Positions 56,347 through 64,000 of a DNA stretch of 64,000 nucleotides are shown in pieces (positions within the stretch are counted from its first letter, which is position 1; each line of letters opens with the position of its first letter). The DNA lies in assembly GCA_963768285.1 (NCBI GenBank), contig CAVYHI010000017.1, forward strand, positions 75,132 to 139,131, in the 5' to 3' direction. Position numbers and translations under genes: made by a program. This stretch comes from an uncultured Thermoleophilia bacterium. Its GTDB lineage: Bacteria; Actinomycetota; Thermoleophilia; Miltoncostaeales; Miltoncostaeaceae. A model generated the notes under the pieces. It was not told the origin of the DNA and did not search any database. It was given only the letters and a program-made list of their open reading frames with translations.

Positions 56347-57603
56347 GTGCGCATCCTGACCATCAGCCATCTGTACCCGAGCGAGGTCGACGACACCGCC
56401 GGCACCTTCGTCCACCAGCAGGTCCGCGCCCTGCGCGAGCGCGGCCATGACGTGCGGGTGATCTCACCGGTGGGCTGGGCTCCGCCCGGCGTACCGCGAT
56501 ACGCGGCGCACCGCGCGGTCCCGCGCTGCACGCGCATCGACGACGTGCCGGTGCTGCACCCCCGCATGTTCGTGCTGCCCGGCGCCAGACTGGGTCCCGG
56601 GATCGTGCACTCGACCCTGCGGGCAATCATCGGTCACGTGCGGCGAACCTACCGCGACTGGCCGTTCGACCTCGTCCACGCGCACATGCTGGTGCCTGAC
56701 GGCTGGGCGGCGGCGTCGGCCGGGCACGCGGTCGGCGTGCCCGTCATCGCGACCGCGCACGGATCGGCGGACGTGCTCCAGACCCCGGCACGCAGCGCCG
56801 CATGGCGGCGGACGGTGATCGAGGCCATCACCGAGCTCGACCAGATCATCGCGGTCAGCCACGCGGTGGCACACGGCGTATGCGAGCTGGCCCGGCCGCG
56901 CCACGGCGTGCGGGTGATCCCCAATGGCGCCGACCCGGCGCACTTCAGGCCCATCGACCGCGGCACCGCCCGGCGCTCGCTCGGGCTGCCGGACGGCCGG
57001 CCGATATCGCTGTTTGTCGGCCATCTGACCGAGCTCAAGGGCGTTGCCGATCTGCTCGAGGCCCTCGGTACGATGACCGGCCCGTGCCGGCCGTTCGCGG
57101 TGATCGTCGGCGACGGCCCACTGCGTAGCGCGCTCGAGGTGCGCGTTGCCGAACTCGGTCTGGCCGATTCGGTACATTTCGCCGGCAAGGTGGCGCACGA
57201 CGACGTGGGAGCATGGCTGGGTGCGTGTGACGTTCTGGTGCTGCCGTCCCGGTCCGAGGGGCTGCCGACCGTCGTCTGTGAGGCGATGCTGGCCGGGCGC
57301 GCAGTGATCGCGACACGGGTCGGCGGGACGCCGGAACTCGTCGAGGACGGGGCGACCGGCATGCTCGTCGAGCCCCGGGACGTGCCGGCCCTGGCCGCCG
57401 CCCTGGCGCAGGTGGTCGCAAACCCCGGACGCACCGAGGCGATGGGCGAGCTCGCCGCGTCACGCGCGCGCGACGCGCTCACGTGGGCGGCGGTCGCGCA
57501 GCAGATCGAGGGCGTCTACCGCGAGGTGCTCGCCCGGCGGTACACGACGCTGCCCGACGCGGACCCGGCCGGCGACAATGTACCCCACATCGCCGTTCCC
57601 TAG
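56347..57603 (+). CDS. GT4-family glycosyltransferase
   Basis: VRILTISHLYPSEVDDTAGTFVHQQ... and the C-terminal EGLPTVVCEAMLAGRAVIATRVGGTPELV (E-x7-E region). Confidence 0.85.
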   Translation: MRILTISHLYPSEVDDTAGTFVHQQVRALRERGHDVRVISPVGWAPPGVPRYAAHRAVPRCTRIDDVPVLHPRMFVLPGARLGPGIVHSTLRAIIGHVRRTYRDWPFDLVHAHMLVPDGWAAASAGHAVGVPVIATAHGSADVLQTPARSAAWRRTVIEAITELDQIIAVSHAVAHGVCELARPRHGVRVIPNGADPAHFRPIDRGTARRSLGLPDGRPISLFVGHLTELKGVADLLEALGTMTGPCRPFAVIVGDGPLRSALEVRVAELGLADSVHFAGKVAHDDVGAWLGACDVLVLPSRSEGLPTVVCEAMLAGRAVIATRVGGTPELVEDGATGMLVEPRDVPALAAALAQVVANPGRTEAMGELAASRARDALTWAAVAQQIEGVYREVLARRYTTLPDADPAGDNVPHIAVP

Positions 57604-57609
57604 GACTGC

Positions 57610-58827
57610 ATGGGGAGGATTCTCTATATCTCGCAATATGTCGTCACGCCCGATCAGCCGGGTGGAGTGCGCCATTGGCGACACGTGCGAGCCCTCGCCG
57701 ACGCCGGTCACGACGTCACCGTCATCACATCGAAGGTCCTGCACACGACGCGCGAGGCGCCCGAGGAGTTCGCCGGACGCCGAACGGTCCGGCGCACCGA
57801 GGACGGCATCGAGGTCCTGCGCGCGTACTCGTCGACCGGGTACGGCAACGACGCGCGCTCGCGGGCTGCGAACCACGTCAGCTTCTCCTCCTACGCGTTT
57901 CCCGCGGCCATGCGCACCGCCCGACCCGACGTCGTGCTCGCCTCCTCGCCACCGCTGACAGTTGGCGTACTGGGCGGGGTCGTCTCGCGGTTGCGCCGCA
58001 CGCGCTTCATCCTCGAGGTCCGCGACCTCTGGCCGGAGTCGGCGCTAGCGACAGGGCTGCTGACCGACCCGAAGGCGATCGCGGTCATGGAGCGCATGGC
58101 CAACTACTGCTATCGGCACGCCGACCGCGTGATCGCCCTCACCGAGGGCATCCGCGAAGGAGTCGTCGACGCCGGGGTCCCCGCGAACGCGGTCACGCTG
58201 ATCACCAACGGCGTCGACCCGGCAGATGCGCCGATCGACCCGGGCGCCGTCGACCTGCCCGTCGGCCCCGCGACGTTTGTGGCGATGTTCGTCGGCCAGC
58301 ATGGGACCTACAGCTCGCTGTTTACCGTGCTCGAGGCCGCGGCACGCCTGCAAGCGGATCCCGACATCCACATCGCCCTGGTGGGTGACGGTGACCGCAA
58401 GCCCGATCTGATGGCGCGCGCTGCCGAGCTCGGGCTTGGCAACGTCAGCTTCGCGGGGCCGATCCCCAAGCGCGAGGTGCCGTCGTGGCTCGACCGCGCC
58501 GACGTCTGCTTGTTGACCTACCAGGACGCCCCGCTGTTCGGCGGCGCAATGCCCAATAAACTGTTCGACTACATGGGCGCCGGCCGGCCGATCATCGCTG
58601 CGGTCCCCGAGGGCGAGGCGGCGCGGGCCGTGCGCACGGGCGCTTGCGGCATCGTGACGCCAGCCGAGGACCCGGCGGCGCTCGCCGATGCCGTGCGTGA
58701 GCTCGCGGCCGATCGCGAGCGCGCGCGGCGACTGGGCGCGGCGGGCATCGAGTACGTACACACCCACCACAACCGGCGCGAGCTTGCCGCGCGCTTCGTG
58801 CAGGTCGTTGAATCAGTCCTTCCCTGA
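57610..58827 (+). CDS. GT4-family glycosyltransferase (WbuB/WcaI-like)
   Basis: MGRILYISQYVVTPDQPGGVRHWRHVRALADAGHDVTVIT, ...NKLFDYMGAGRPIIA. Confidence 0.85.
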   Translation: MGRILYISQYVVTPDQPGGVRHWRHVRALADAGHDVTVITSKVLHTTREAPEEFAGRRTVRRTEDGIEVLRAYSSTGYGNDARSRAANHVSFSSYAFPAAMRTARPDVVLASSPPLTVGVLGGVVSRLRRTRFILEVRDLWPESALATGLLTDPKAIAVMERMANYCYRHADRVIALTEGIREGVVDAGVPANAVTLITNGVDPADAPIDPGAVDLPVGPATFVAMFVGQHGTYSSLFTVLEAAARLQADPDIHIALVGDGDRKPDLMARAAELGLGNVSFAGPIPKREVPSWLDRADVCLLTYQDAPLFGGAMPNKLFDYMGAGRPIIAAVPEGEAARAVRTGACGIVTPAEDPAALADAVRELAADRERARRLGAAGIEYVHTHHNRRELAARFVQVVESVLP

Positions 58828-58831
58828 GCCG

Positions 58832-59430
58832 GTGGGGGACGCCCCAAGCGCATCCTCGACCTGCTGATCACGGTACCGATGTTGATTGTGCTCGCGCCGG
58901 TGTTCGCGATCATCGCGATCCTGATCCGGCGCGACAGCCCGGGGCCGGCATTCTACCGGCAGACGCGCGTCGGTCTCGACGGCCGTGAGTTCCGCCTGAT
59001 CAAGTTCCGGACGATGGTCGAAGGTGCCGAGTTCACCGGCGCCGGCCTGCACAACGACGCCGGGGATCCGCGCATCACCGCGGTCGGGGCACGCCTGCGC
59101 GCGCTGTCACTCGACGAGCTGCCGCAGCTCATCAACGTCCTGGTCGGGGACATGAGCATCGTTGGGCCCAGGCCGACGCTGCGCGCCCAGGTCGAGCGCT
59201 ACACGCCCGAACAGCGCCGTCGGCTGCGGGCGCGCCCCGGCATCACCGGCCTCGCCCAGATCAGCGGCCGCTCGACGCTGCCCTGGTCGCAGCGCATCGT
59301 GATCGATGTCCACTACGTCGACAACTGGAGCCTCGGCCTGGATTTGGCCATCATGCTCCGCACGATCCCGGCGCTGCTGCGCCAGCATGAGAACTACCCG
59401 GGCGGCATCGACGAGGTCGATCTCGGATAA
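58832..59430 (+). pseudogene. small monotopic phosphoglycosyltransferase (bacterial sugar transferase, PglC/WbaP C-domain type); probable frame break near 58845
   Basis: FRLIKFRTM and DELPQLINVLVGDMSIVGPRP. The conserved KRILDLLITVP segment upstream of ATG 58879 has no in-frame start, whereas GTG 58832 lies one frame off. Confidence 0.7.
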
Positions 59431-59527
59431 CGTCCCACAGGCGCGAACCGCGCGCGCGTTTGTGGCAGTATCGTGGCGCGCGGACACCGACGGCCCGCGC
59501 AGGCGCGGCAGGGTCGCGCGCCATTCC

Positions 59528-59599
59528 GGGCAGTTAGCTCAGCGGGAGAGCACTCGCTTCACACGCGAGGGGTCACTGGTTCGATCCCAGTACTGCCCA
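59528..59599 (+). tRNA. tRNA-Val (anticodon CAC)
   Basis: GGGCAGTTAGCTCAGCGGGAGAGCACTCGCTTCACACGCGAGGGGTCACTGGTTCGATCCCAGTACTGCCCA. Confidence 0.9.
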
Positions 59600-59694
59600 T
59601 TTGGCCTCGCACGAGGCACAATCCAGCGCATCGCGACGGCCGGCGCGCGCGGTCGCCGCCGGCCCTTCCGGACACGTCGGGGACCGGTCGTGCC

Positions 59695-60372
59695 CTAGGC
59701 ACTGAGGCCGCTGATCGCGTCCCCGATGAGCACCGCGCCGAAGACGACGAACACCGTCGTCATGATGACGGCGTTGTGCTGCAGCATCCACGCCTTCATG
59801 TGCCCGAGAACGGCCCCGGCGCGCGCGCCGAGGGCAAAGAAGATGACGACGGGAACCGCAATCCCGACGCTGCCGACGACCACGAAGACGCCCAGGGCCA
59901 GTGCCTGCTGACTGCCACTGATCCCGGTCTCGGCGATCAGCGTCGCGGCGCCGATGGTCAGGAGCAGATTCTTGGGCTTCACGCCCGAGAAGACCACCCC
60001 GAGCGCCAGCGCTTTGCGTGCGGTAAACGCGTCGAGGGCGCCCATCCATTTGGGCGTCTCGGCGTCGCGATCGTCCGCGGGACGCGTCCGCCACTGCTTG
60101 GCTGCGAGTACGAGCAGCACCACGCCGATCGCGAGCTGGACGACGGCCGCCCAGGTCGCGGGCGTGCTGTCGGAGCTCGCGCCGGCCGGCTGCGCCAGCA
60201 GTAGCACGACGGTCCCGACGACCGAGAGTCCAACGAGCCAGCCGACCAGGAACGCCGGACCGCAGGTACTCGCCCGTGGCGTGGCCAGCAGCAGGATGAC
60301 CGCGATGATCGGCAGCGGGCTGATGGCAACACCGACTGCCAGCGGTAGTGTCGTGCCGATCGCCGTGCCCAC
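59695..60372 (-). CDS. GAP-family (DUF2910-like) membrane protein
   Basis: GTG 60372 is preceded by GAGGAG. LPLAVGVAISPLPIIAVILLLATPR, ...FSGVKPKNLLLTIGAA. Confidence 0.6.
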   Translation of the reverse strand: MGTAIGTTLPLAVGVAISPLPIIAVILLLATPRASTCGPAFLVGWLVGLSVVGTVVLLLAQPAGASSDSTPATWAAVVQLAIGVVLLVLAAKQWRTRPADDRDAETPKWMGALDAFTARKALALGVVFSGVKPKNLLLTIGAATLIAETGISGSQQALALGVFVVVGSVGIAVPVVIFFALGARAGAVLGHMKAWMLQHNAVIMTTVFVVFGAVLIGDAISGLSA

Positions 60373-60523
60373 CAGCCAGTCTCCTCGTGCAGCCCGTGCC
60401 CCGGAACCCGCCGCGCCGGGATTCGCGTCGGCACAGACTACGCACGCGCGCGACCGGCGCGCGGAGACGGGCGGCGATGTCGCACCTGAGCGCTGGAGGG
60501 CAATCGAACTGCGGGGCCGACGA

Positions 60524-61517
60524 CCTAGATGAGTGATTCCACGGCGATCACCGTGGCGTAGGGGTTTGTGGCAGGCAGGCCGAAGTCGGCGGTGCTCAAT
60601 GCATCGCCGACCCGGAGGCCTCGATGGACGCCGACCTCGACCTGCTCTGCACGGCCGTTTATTGCACGGCCGACGATCTCCTGCCCGAATCGGTCGCAAA
60701 TGCCAGGCGTCGGGTGACCGACGCGGAGGTCGTCGCCTTGGCGGTGGCCCAGGCCGTGATGGGGATCCCATCCGACCGGCGCTTCTTGAAGGTGGCCGCC
60801 CGGCGCCTGTCGCACCTGTTCCCGCGCCTTCCCGGCCAGTCTGGCTACCACAAGCGCCGCCGCCGGCTGGCCGAGGCGATCGAGTGGCTGACGGGCGTGT
60901 TTGCCGGCATGAGCCCGGGTTTCGTCGATGATCTGGCCCTTGTCGACTCCACCCCGGTCGAGTGCGCCAGAAGCCGCGAGACGGTCAAGCGCTCGGCGCT
61001 GGCGGATGCGGCCGGCTACGGCTACTGCCCCTCGCACACGCGCTGGTTCTGGGGATTTCGCCTGCATGCGATCTTCGCCACCGACGGCACCCCGCGCGCC
61101 TTCGCCTTGGCTCATCCCTCGCGCGATGAGCGCGAGGTGGGCTTGGAGCTGGTGGGGCGCATGTGCCGCCCGGATGCGCTGACGCTCATCGGCGACAAGG
61201 GCTACGCGGGTCGCCAGTTCGCCGCCGGCGTGCGCCGGCTGGGGGCCCGGATCGTGCGGCCCGTGCGCGGCGACGAGCCCGGTTCCGGTCTGCGCCTGGC
61301 CCCGATCCGACAGCGGATCGAGTCGATCTTTTGGACCTCCCAAGGACATCCTGACCTTGGAGCGCCACGGCGGGCGCACCCTTGCGGGCGTCAGGGAGCG
61401 CATCGCCATGCGCTTCTTGGCCCTTGCCGCCTGCATCAGCCTCAACCACCAGCTGGGACGTCCGAGCCGTGCCCTGGTCGACTACGTCGCCTGAGGGCGT
61501 GGAATCAATCATCTAGG
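60524..61517 (+). mobile_element. IS982-family insertion sequence (994 bp)
   Basis: 22-bp terminal inverted repeats at 60524-60545 (CCTAGATGAGTGATTCCACGGC) and 61496-61517 (20/22 match), enclosing one transposase gene. No clear target duplication. Confidence 0.75.
60624..61494 (+). pseudogene. IS982 family transposase, one frame break near 61340
   Basis: LLCTAVYCTADDLLPE, LVDSTPVECARS, WFWGFRLHAIFATDG, LIGDKGYAG and IRQRIESIFWT. The tail KDILTLERHGGRTLAGVRERIAMRFLALAACISLNHQLGRPSRALVDYVA is in the next frame. Confidence 0.75.
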
Positions 61518-61612
61518 CGCGTAAGGGATCCGTAACGATCGAAGCGGCGGCGCTCGCTGCTCACGCGCCGCCGCTTCCAGCGCAGCGCGACATCCCGCGG
61601 CGCTACGGGCCG

Positions 61613-62635
61613 TCACCCGCCGATCATGCTCATCGGGCGACCCGAATAGGACCATCCGGGCGTACCGATGCCATGACCGGGTCCCTTCGCGGCCACGGCG
61701 TCGGCGATGAGCGCGGCGATGTCGGCGTCGCTCGCCCCGGTGCGCAAGGGCGTCAGCAGGTTGGTCTCGCCGGTCGCAAACAGACAGGAGCGCAGTCGGC
61801 CGTCGGCGGTCAGACGCAGCCGGTCGCAGCTGGCGCAGAACGGCTCGGAGACCGAACTGACGAACTCCAGCTCACCGCAGCCGTCGGCAAACCGCCAGCG
61901 GCGCCCGGGTGCCGACGGCCGCGTCCTCGGGTATTCCCGCAGTGGCCATGCTGCGTCGATCATCCGGCGCAGCTCCTCTCCGGGAATGACCTGCTCCGAC
62001 GACCACGCGCGCCCGGCGTCGATCGGCATCGACTCGATGAACCTGACCACATAGGGGCGCTCACGCGCCAGCCGGGCCAGCGGCAGGACGTCCGGCTCGC
62101 TCAGGCCGCGCAGGACGACGGCGTTGACCTTGATCGGGCGCAACGCAACGTGGCGCTCGCAGGCGGCGAGGCCGTCGATGACCCGTGCCAGGTCGTTGCG
62201 TCGTGTGATCTGGGCGAACCGCTCCGGATCCAGGCTGTCGACGCTCACGTTCAGGCGATCGAGCCCCGCGGCGACCAAGTCGTCGAGGTGCTCGGCGAGC
62301 AGTACGCCGTTGGTAGTCATGCTGATCTCCTGCACCCCCGCCAGCCGGCGTAGCCGCGCCACGATGTCAACGACACCGGGGCGTACGAGCGGTTCGCCGC
62401 CCGTGACGCGGATGTCCGTGACGCCGAGCGCCACCAACACACCCGCCAGGCGAACCAGCTCGTGATCGGTGGCGACCTGCTCGCGACCCAACCACGCCAT
62501 GCCCTCCGCGGGCATGCAATAGCGACAGCGCAGGTTGCAGCGATCGGTCACCGAAAGCCGCAGCGAGCGATGCAACCGCCCGAAGCGGTCAGTCAGCGCG
62601 GAGCTCACAGATCCAGGTTCGCGCACCACGGCCAT
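61613..62635 (-). CDS. moaA: GTP 3',8-cyclase MoaA (radical SAM)
   Basis: CNLRCRYCMP cluster motif, IRVTGGEPLVRP, and C-terminal CASCDRLRLTADGRLRSCLF. Confidence 0.92.
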   Translation of the reverse strand: MAVVREPGSVSSALTDRFGRLHRSLRLSVTDRCNLRCRYCMPAEGMAWLGREQVATDHELVRLAGVLVALGVTDIRVTGGEPLVRPGVVDIVARLRRLAGVQEISMTTNGVLLAEHLDDLVAAGLDRLNVSVDSLDPERFAQITRRNDLARVIDGLAACERHVALRPIKVNAVVLRGLSEPDVLPLARLARERPYVVRFIESMPIDAGRAWSSEQVIPGEELRRMIDAAWPLREYPRTRPSAPGRRWRFADGCGELEFVSSVSEPFCASCDRLRLTADGRLRSCLFATGETNLLTPLRTGASDADIAALIADAVAAKGPGHGIGTPGWSYSGRPMSMIGG

Positions 62636-62871
62636 CCAGGCAACGCCCTTCGGGGGAGGAACCCTCGCATCGCGATCCGAGGAGTGGTTCGCAGTTTTTC
62701 ACGGCGACCTGTGAATTAACAATGACGTCCCGCGTCGCGCACGCCGTGATCGTGCGCCTGCGGCCCTGAGCGCCGTGGGTCTTCGCCTCAGGGCGTGACC
62801 GTCACGAACCGGTAGGGCCCGCACGCCCGGTCGGGCCATGGACGGGTCGCCGAGCTGCCGGCGACGTCACG

Positions 62872-64000
62872 CTAGGGCAGGGCGCTTGCGAGCACCCGTG
62901 CCCCGGCGACGAGCGACGCCTCCCCCGGCGGAATCCAAGCCAGCGCATCGCCCTCGGCCAAGCCGCCGATCGACGCGCTGCCCTGGCGGCGCGCCGGGAC
63001 GAGGCCGGCATCGGTCACGCGGCACCACACAAACTCGTCGCAGGTCCCATTCGCCTTGCACGGGCCGGCGAGGACCGCCGGTGCCCAGGTAGCCACCCCC
63101 AGCAGTTCGCAGCCGATCACATGGAAGGCGATCACGGCGGCCGCAGGCGTGCCCGCCAGCACCAGCACGCGCGTGTCACCGATCGTCGCGAGGGTCGTCG
63201 GCCGCCCAGGCCGCATCGTCACACCCGTGAACGCGACCGTCGCGCCCATCGACGCAAGGGTCGGTCGGATGTGGTCGTGGCCGCCGATCGAGGCGCCGCC
63301 CGTGGTGACGAGCAGATCCACCGCATCGGGGCCGTCGCCGACAGCGTTAGCAAGGGCGCCGATGATCTGCTCGGCGGTGTCGGGTATAGAGCGGCTCCAG
63401 ACGACCGCGGCCCCCGCGGCGGCGGCCGCGGCGGCGAGGGCGAAGCGGTTCGAGTCGACCGCCGCCGCATCGTCAGGCAGTTGGCCCGGTGGCACGAGCT
63501 GGTCGCAGCTGGCCAGGATGGCGACGCGCGGCTGGCGCTCGCAGAAGGCGCCGTCCCAGCCGCAGGTGGCGATGACCCCGAGGTCGTGGGCCCGGACACG
63601 ATGGCCGTCTGAGAGCACCTCGGCCGCCCGCGGATACTCGTCGCCGGCAAGGCGAAGATCACGCCCGGGTCCGACATAGGCGGCGACCAGCATCCCCTCC
63701 TGCTCGTTACCGAGCTCGCGCCGGAGCACGGCATCCGCGGCGTCGGGGACCACCGCCCCGGTGGCGATGCGCACTGCCTCGCCCGGGCCGAGCGGCCCGC
63801 GGTAGGGGCGTCCGGCCGCGCTCTCGGCGACGACCTTGAGGATCCCCGGCGTCGCCGCGCTGCGCAGCGCCCAGCCGTCCATCGCCGCACAGGTGGCATG
63901 GGGCTGGGCGATCCGGGCCCGGACGGGCTCGAACAGCCGGCGGCCGGCAAGACGCTCCAGCGGCACCCACTCACGGGGTGCCCGCACACGTAGGTCCCGA
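62872..64000 (-). CDS. moeA: molybdopterin molybdotransferase MoeA (5' end probably beyond the window)
   Basis: AMDGWALR, IATGAVVPDAADAV, LLVTTGGASIGGHDH, RPGRPTTLA. The listed start 63987 lacks the usual ~25 N-terminal residues. Confidence 0.85.
   Translation of the reverse strand, partial: RDLRVRAPREWVPLERLAGRRLFEPVRARIAQPHATCAAMDGWALRSAATPGILKVVAESAAGRPYRGPLGPGEAVRIATGAVVPDAADAVLRRELGNEQEGMLVAAYVGPGRDLRLAGDEYPRAAEVLSDGHRVRAHDLGVIATCGWDGAFCERQPRVAILASCDQLVPPGQLPDDAAAVDSNRFALAAAAAAAGAAVVWSRSIPDTAEQIIGALANAVGDGPDAVDLLVTTGGASIGGHDHIRPTLASMGATVAFTGVTMRPGRPTTLATIGDTRVLVLAGTPAAAVIAFHVIGCELLGVATWAPAVLAGPCKANGTCDEFVWCRVTDAGLVPARRQGSASIGGLAEGDALAWIPPGEASLVAGARVLASALP

Noticed and set aside
62636-62760. 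Possible Moco riboswitch in the moaA leader
   Set aside because: The leader has hairpins (CCTCG...CGAGG) and a CTCCTCGGA segment. I could not align it to the conserved Moco-motif core from memory. It needs an Infernal RF01055 scan, so it is not claimed.

Overview
High-GC (about 70%) actinobacterial-type chromosomal window, densely coding on both strands. Core content: (1) a GlgE-pathway alpha-glucan locus, with glgX divergent from glgE - treS/maltokinase fusion - glgB - malQ, plus a separate TreT-like trehalose synthase. (2) Transporters: MacB-type and ABC-2 exporters, a DHA2 MFS translationally coupled to a minimal K+ channel, a MIP channel, a sulfate-binding protein, a VIT protein, and an NRAMP-related (NRMT-like) transporter next to a soluble MgtE-type sensor protein. 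(3) A four-gene overlapping operon (LOG, RibD_C-like reductase, hypothetical, nth), tadA, a rhodanese, a GT4-GT4-phosphoglycosyltransferase trio, and moaA/moeA. (4) Six tRNAs: all four Ser isoacceptors, Arg-ACG and Val-CAC. Mobile DNA: a complete ISL3 element with a perfect 8-bp target duplication, a complete IS982 element, and one transposase fragment. A roughly 6.7-kb segment after tRNA-Arg has visibly lower third-position GC; it carries a phage-like remnant, an orphan response regulator, a 32-bp perfect palindrome and an unexplained tRNA-like 3' end with encoded CCA. The dominant global property is that about 20 well-conserved genes are broken by single-base frame changes, and these occur in patches. 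I read this as probable assembly indel error rather than decay. Those genes are typed pseudogene, and their ends are approximate. No rRNA genes and no CRISPR array were seen. All calls come from reading the ORF track and the sequence by eye; no searches were run.
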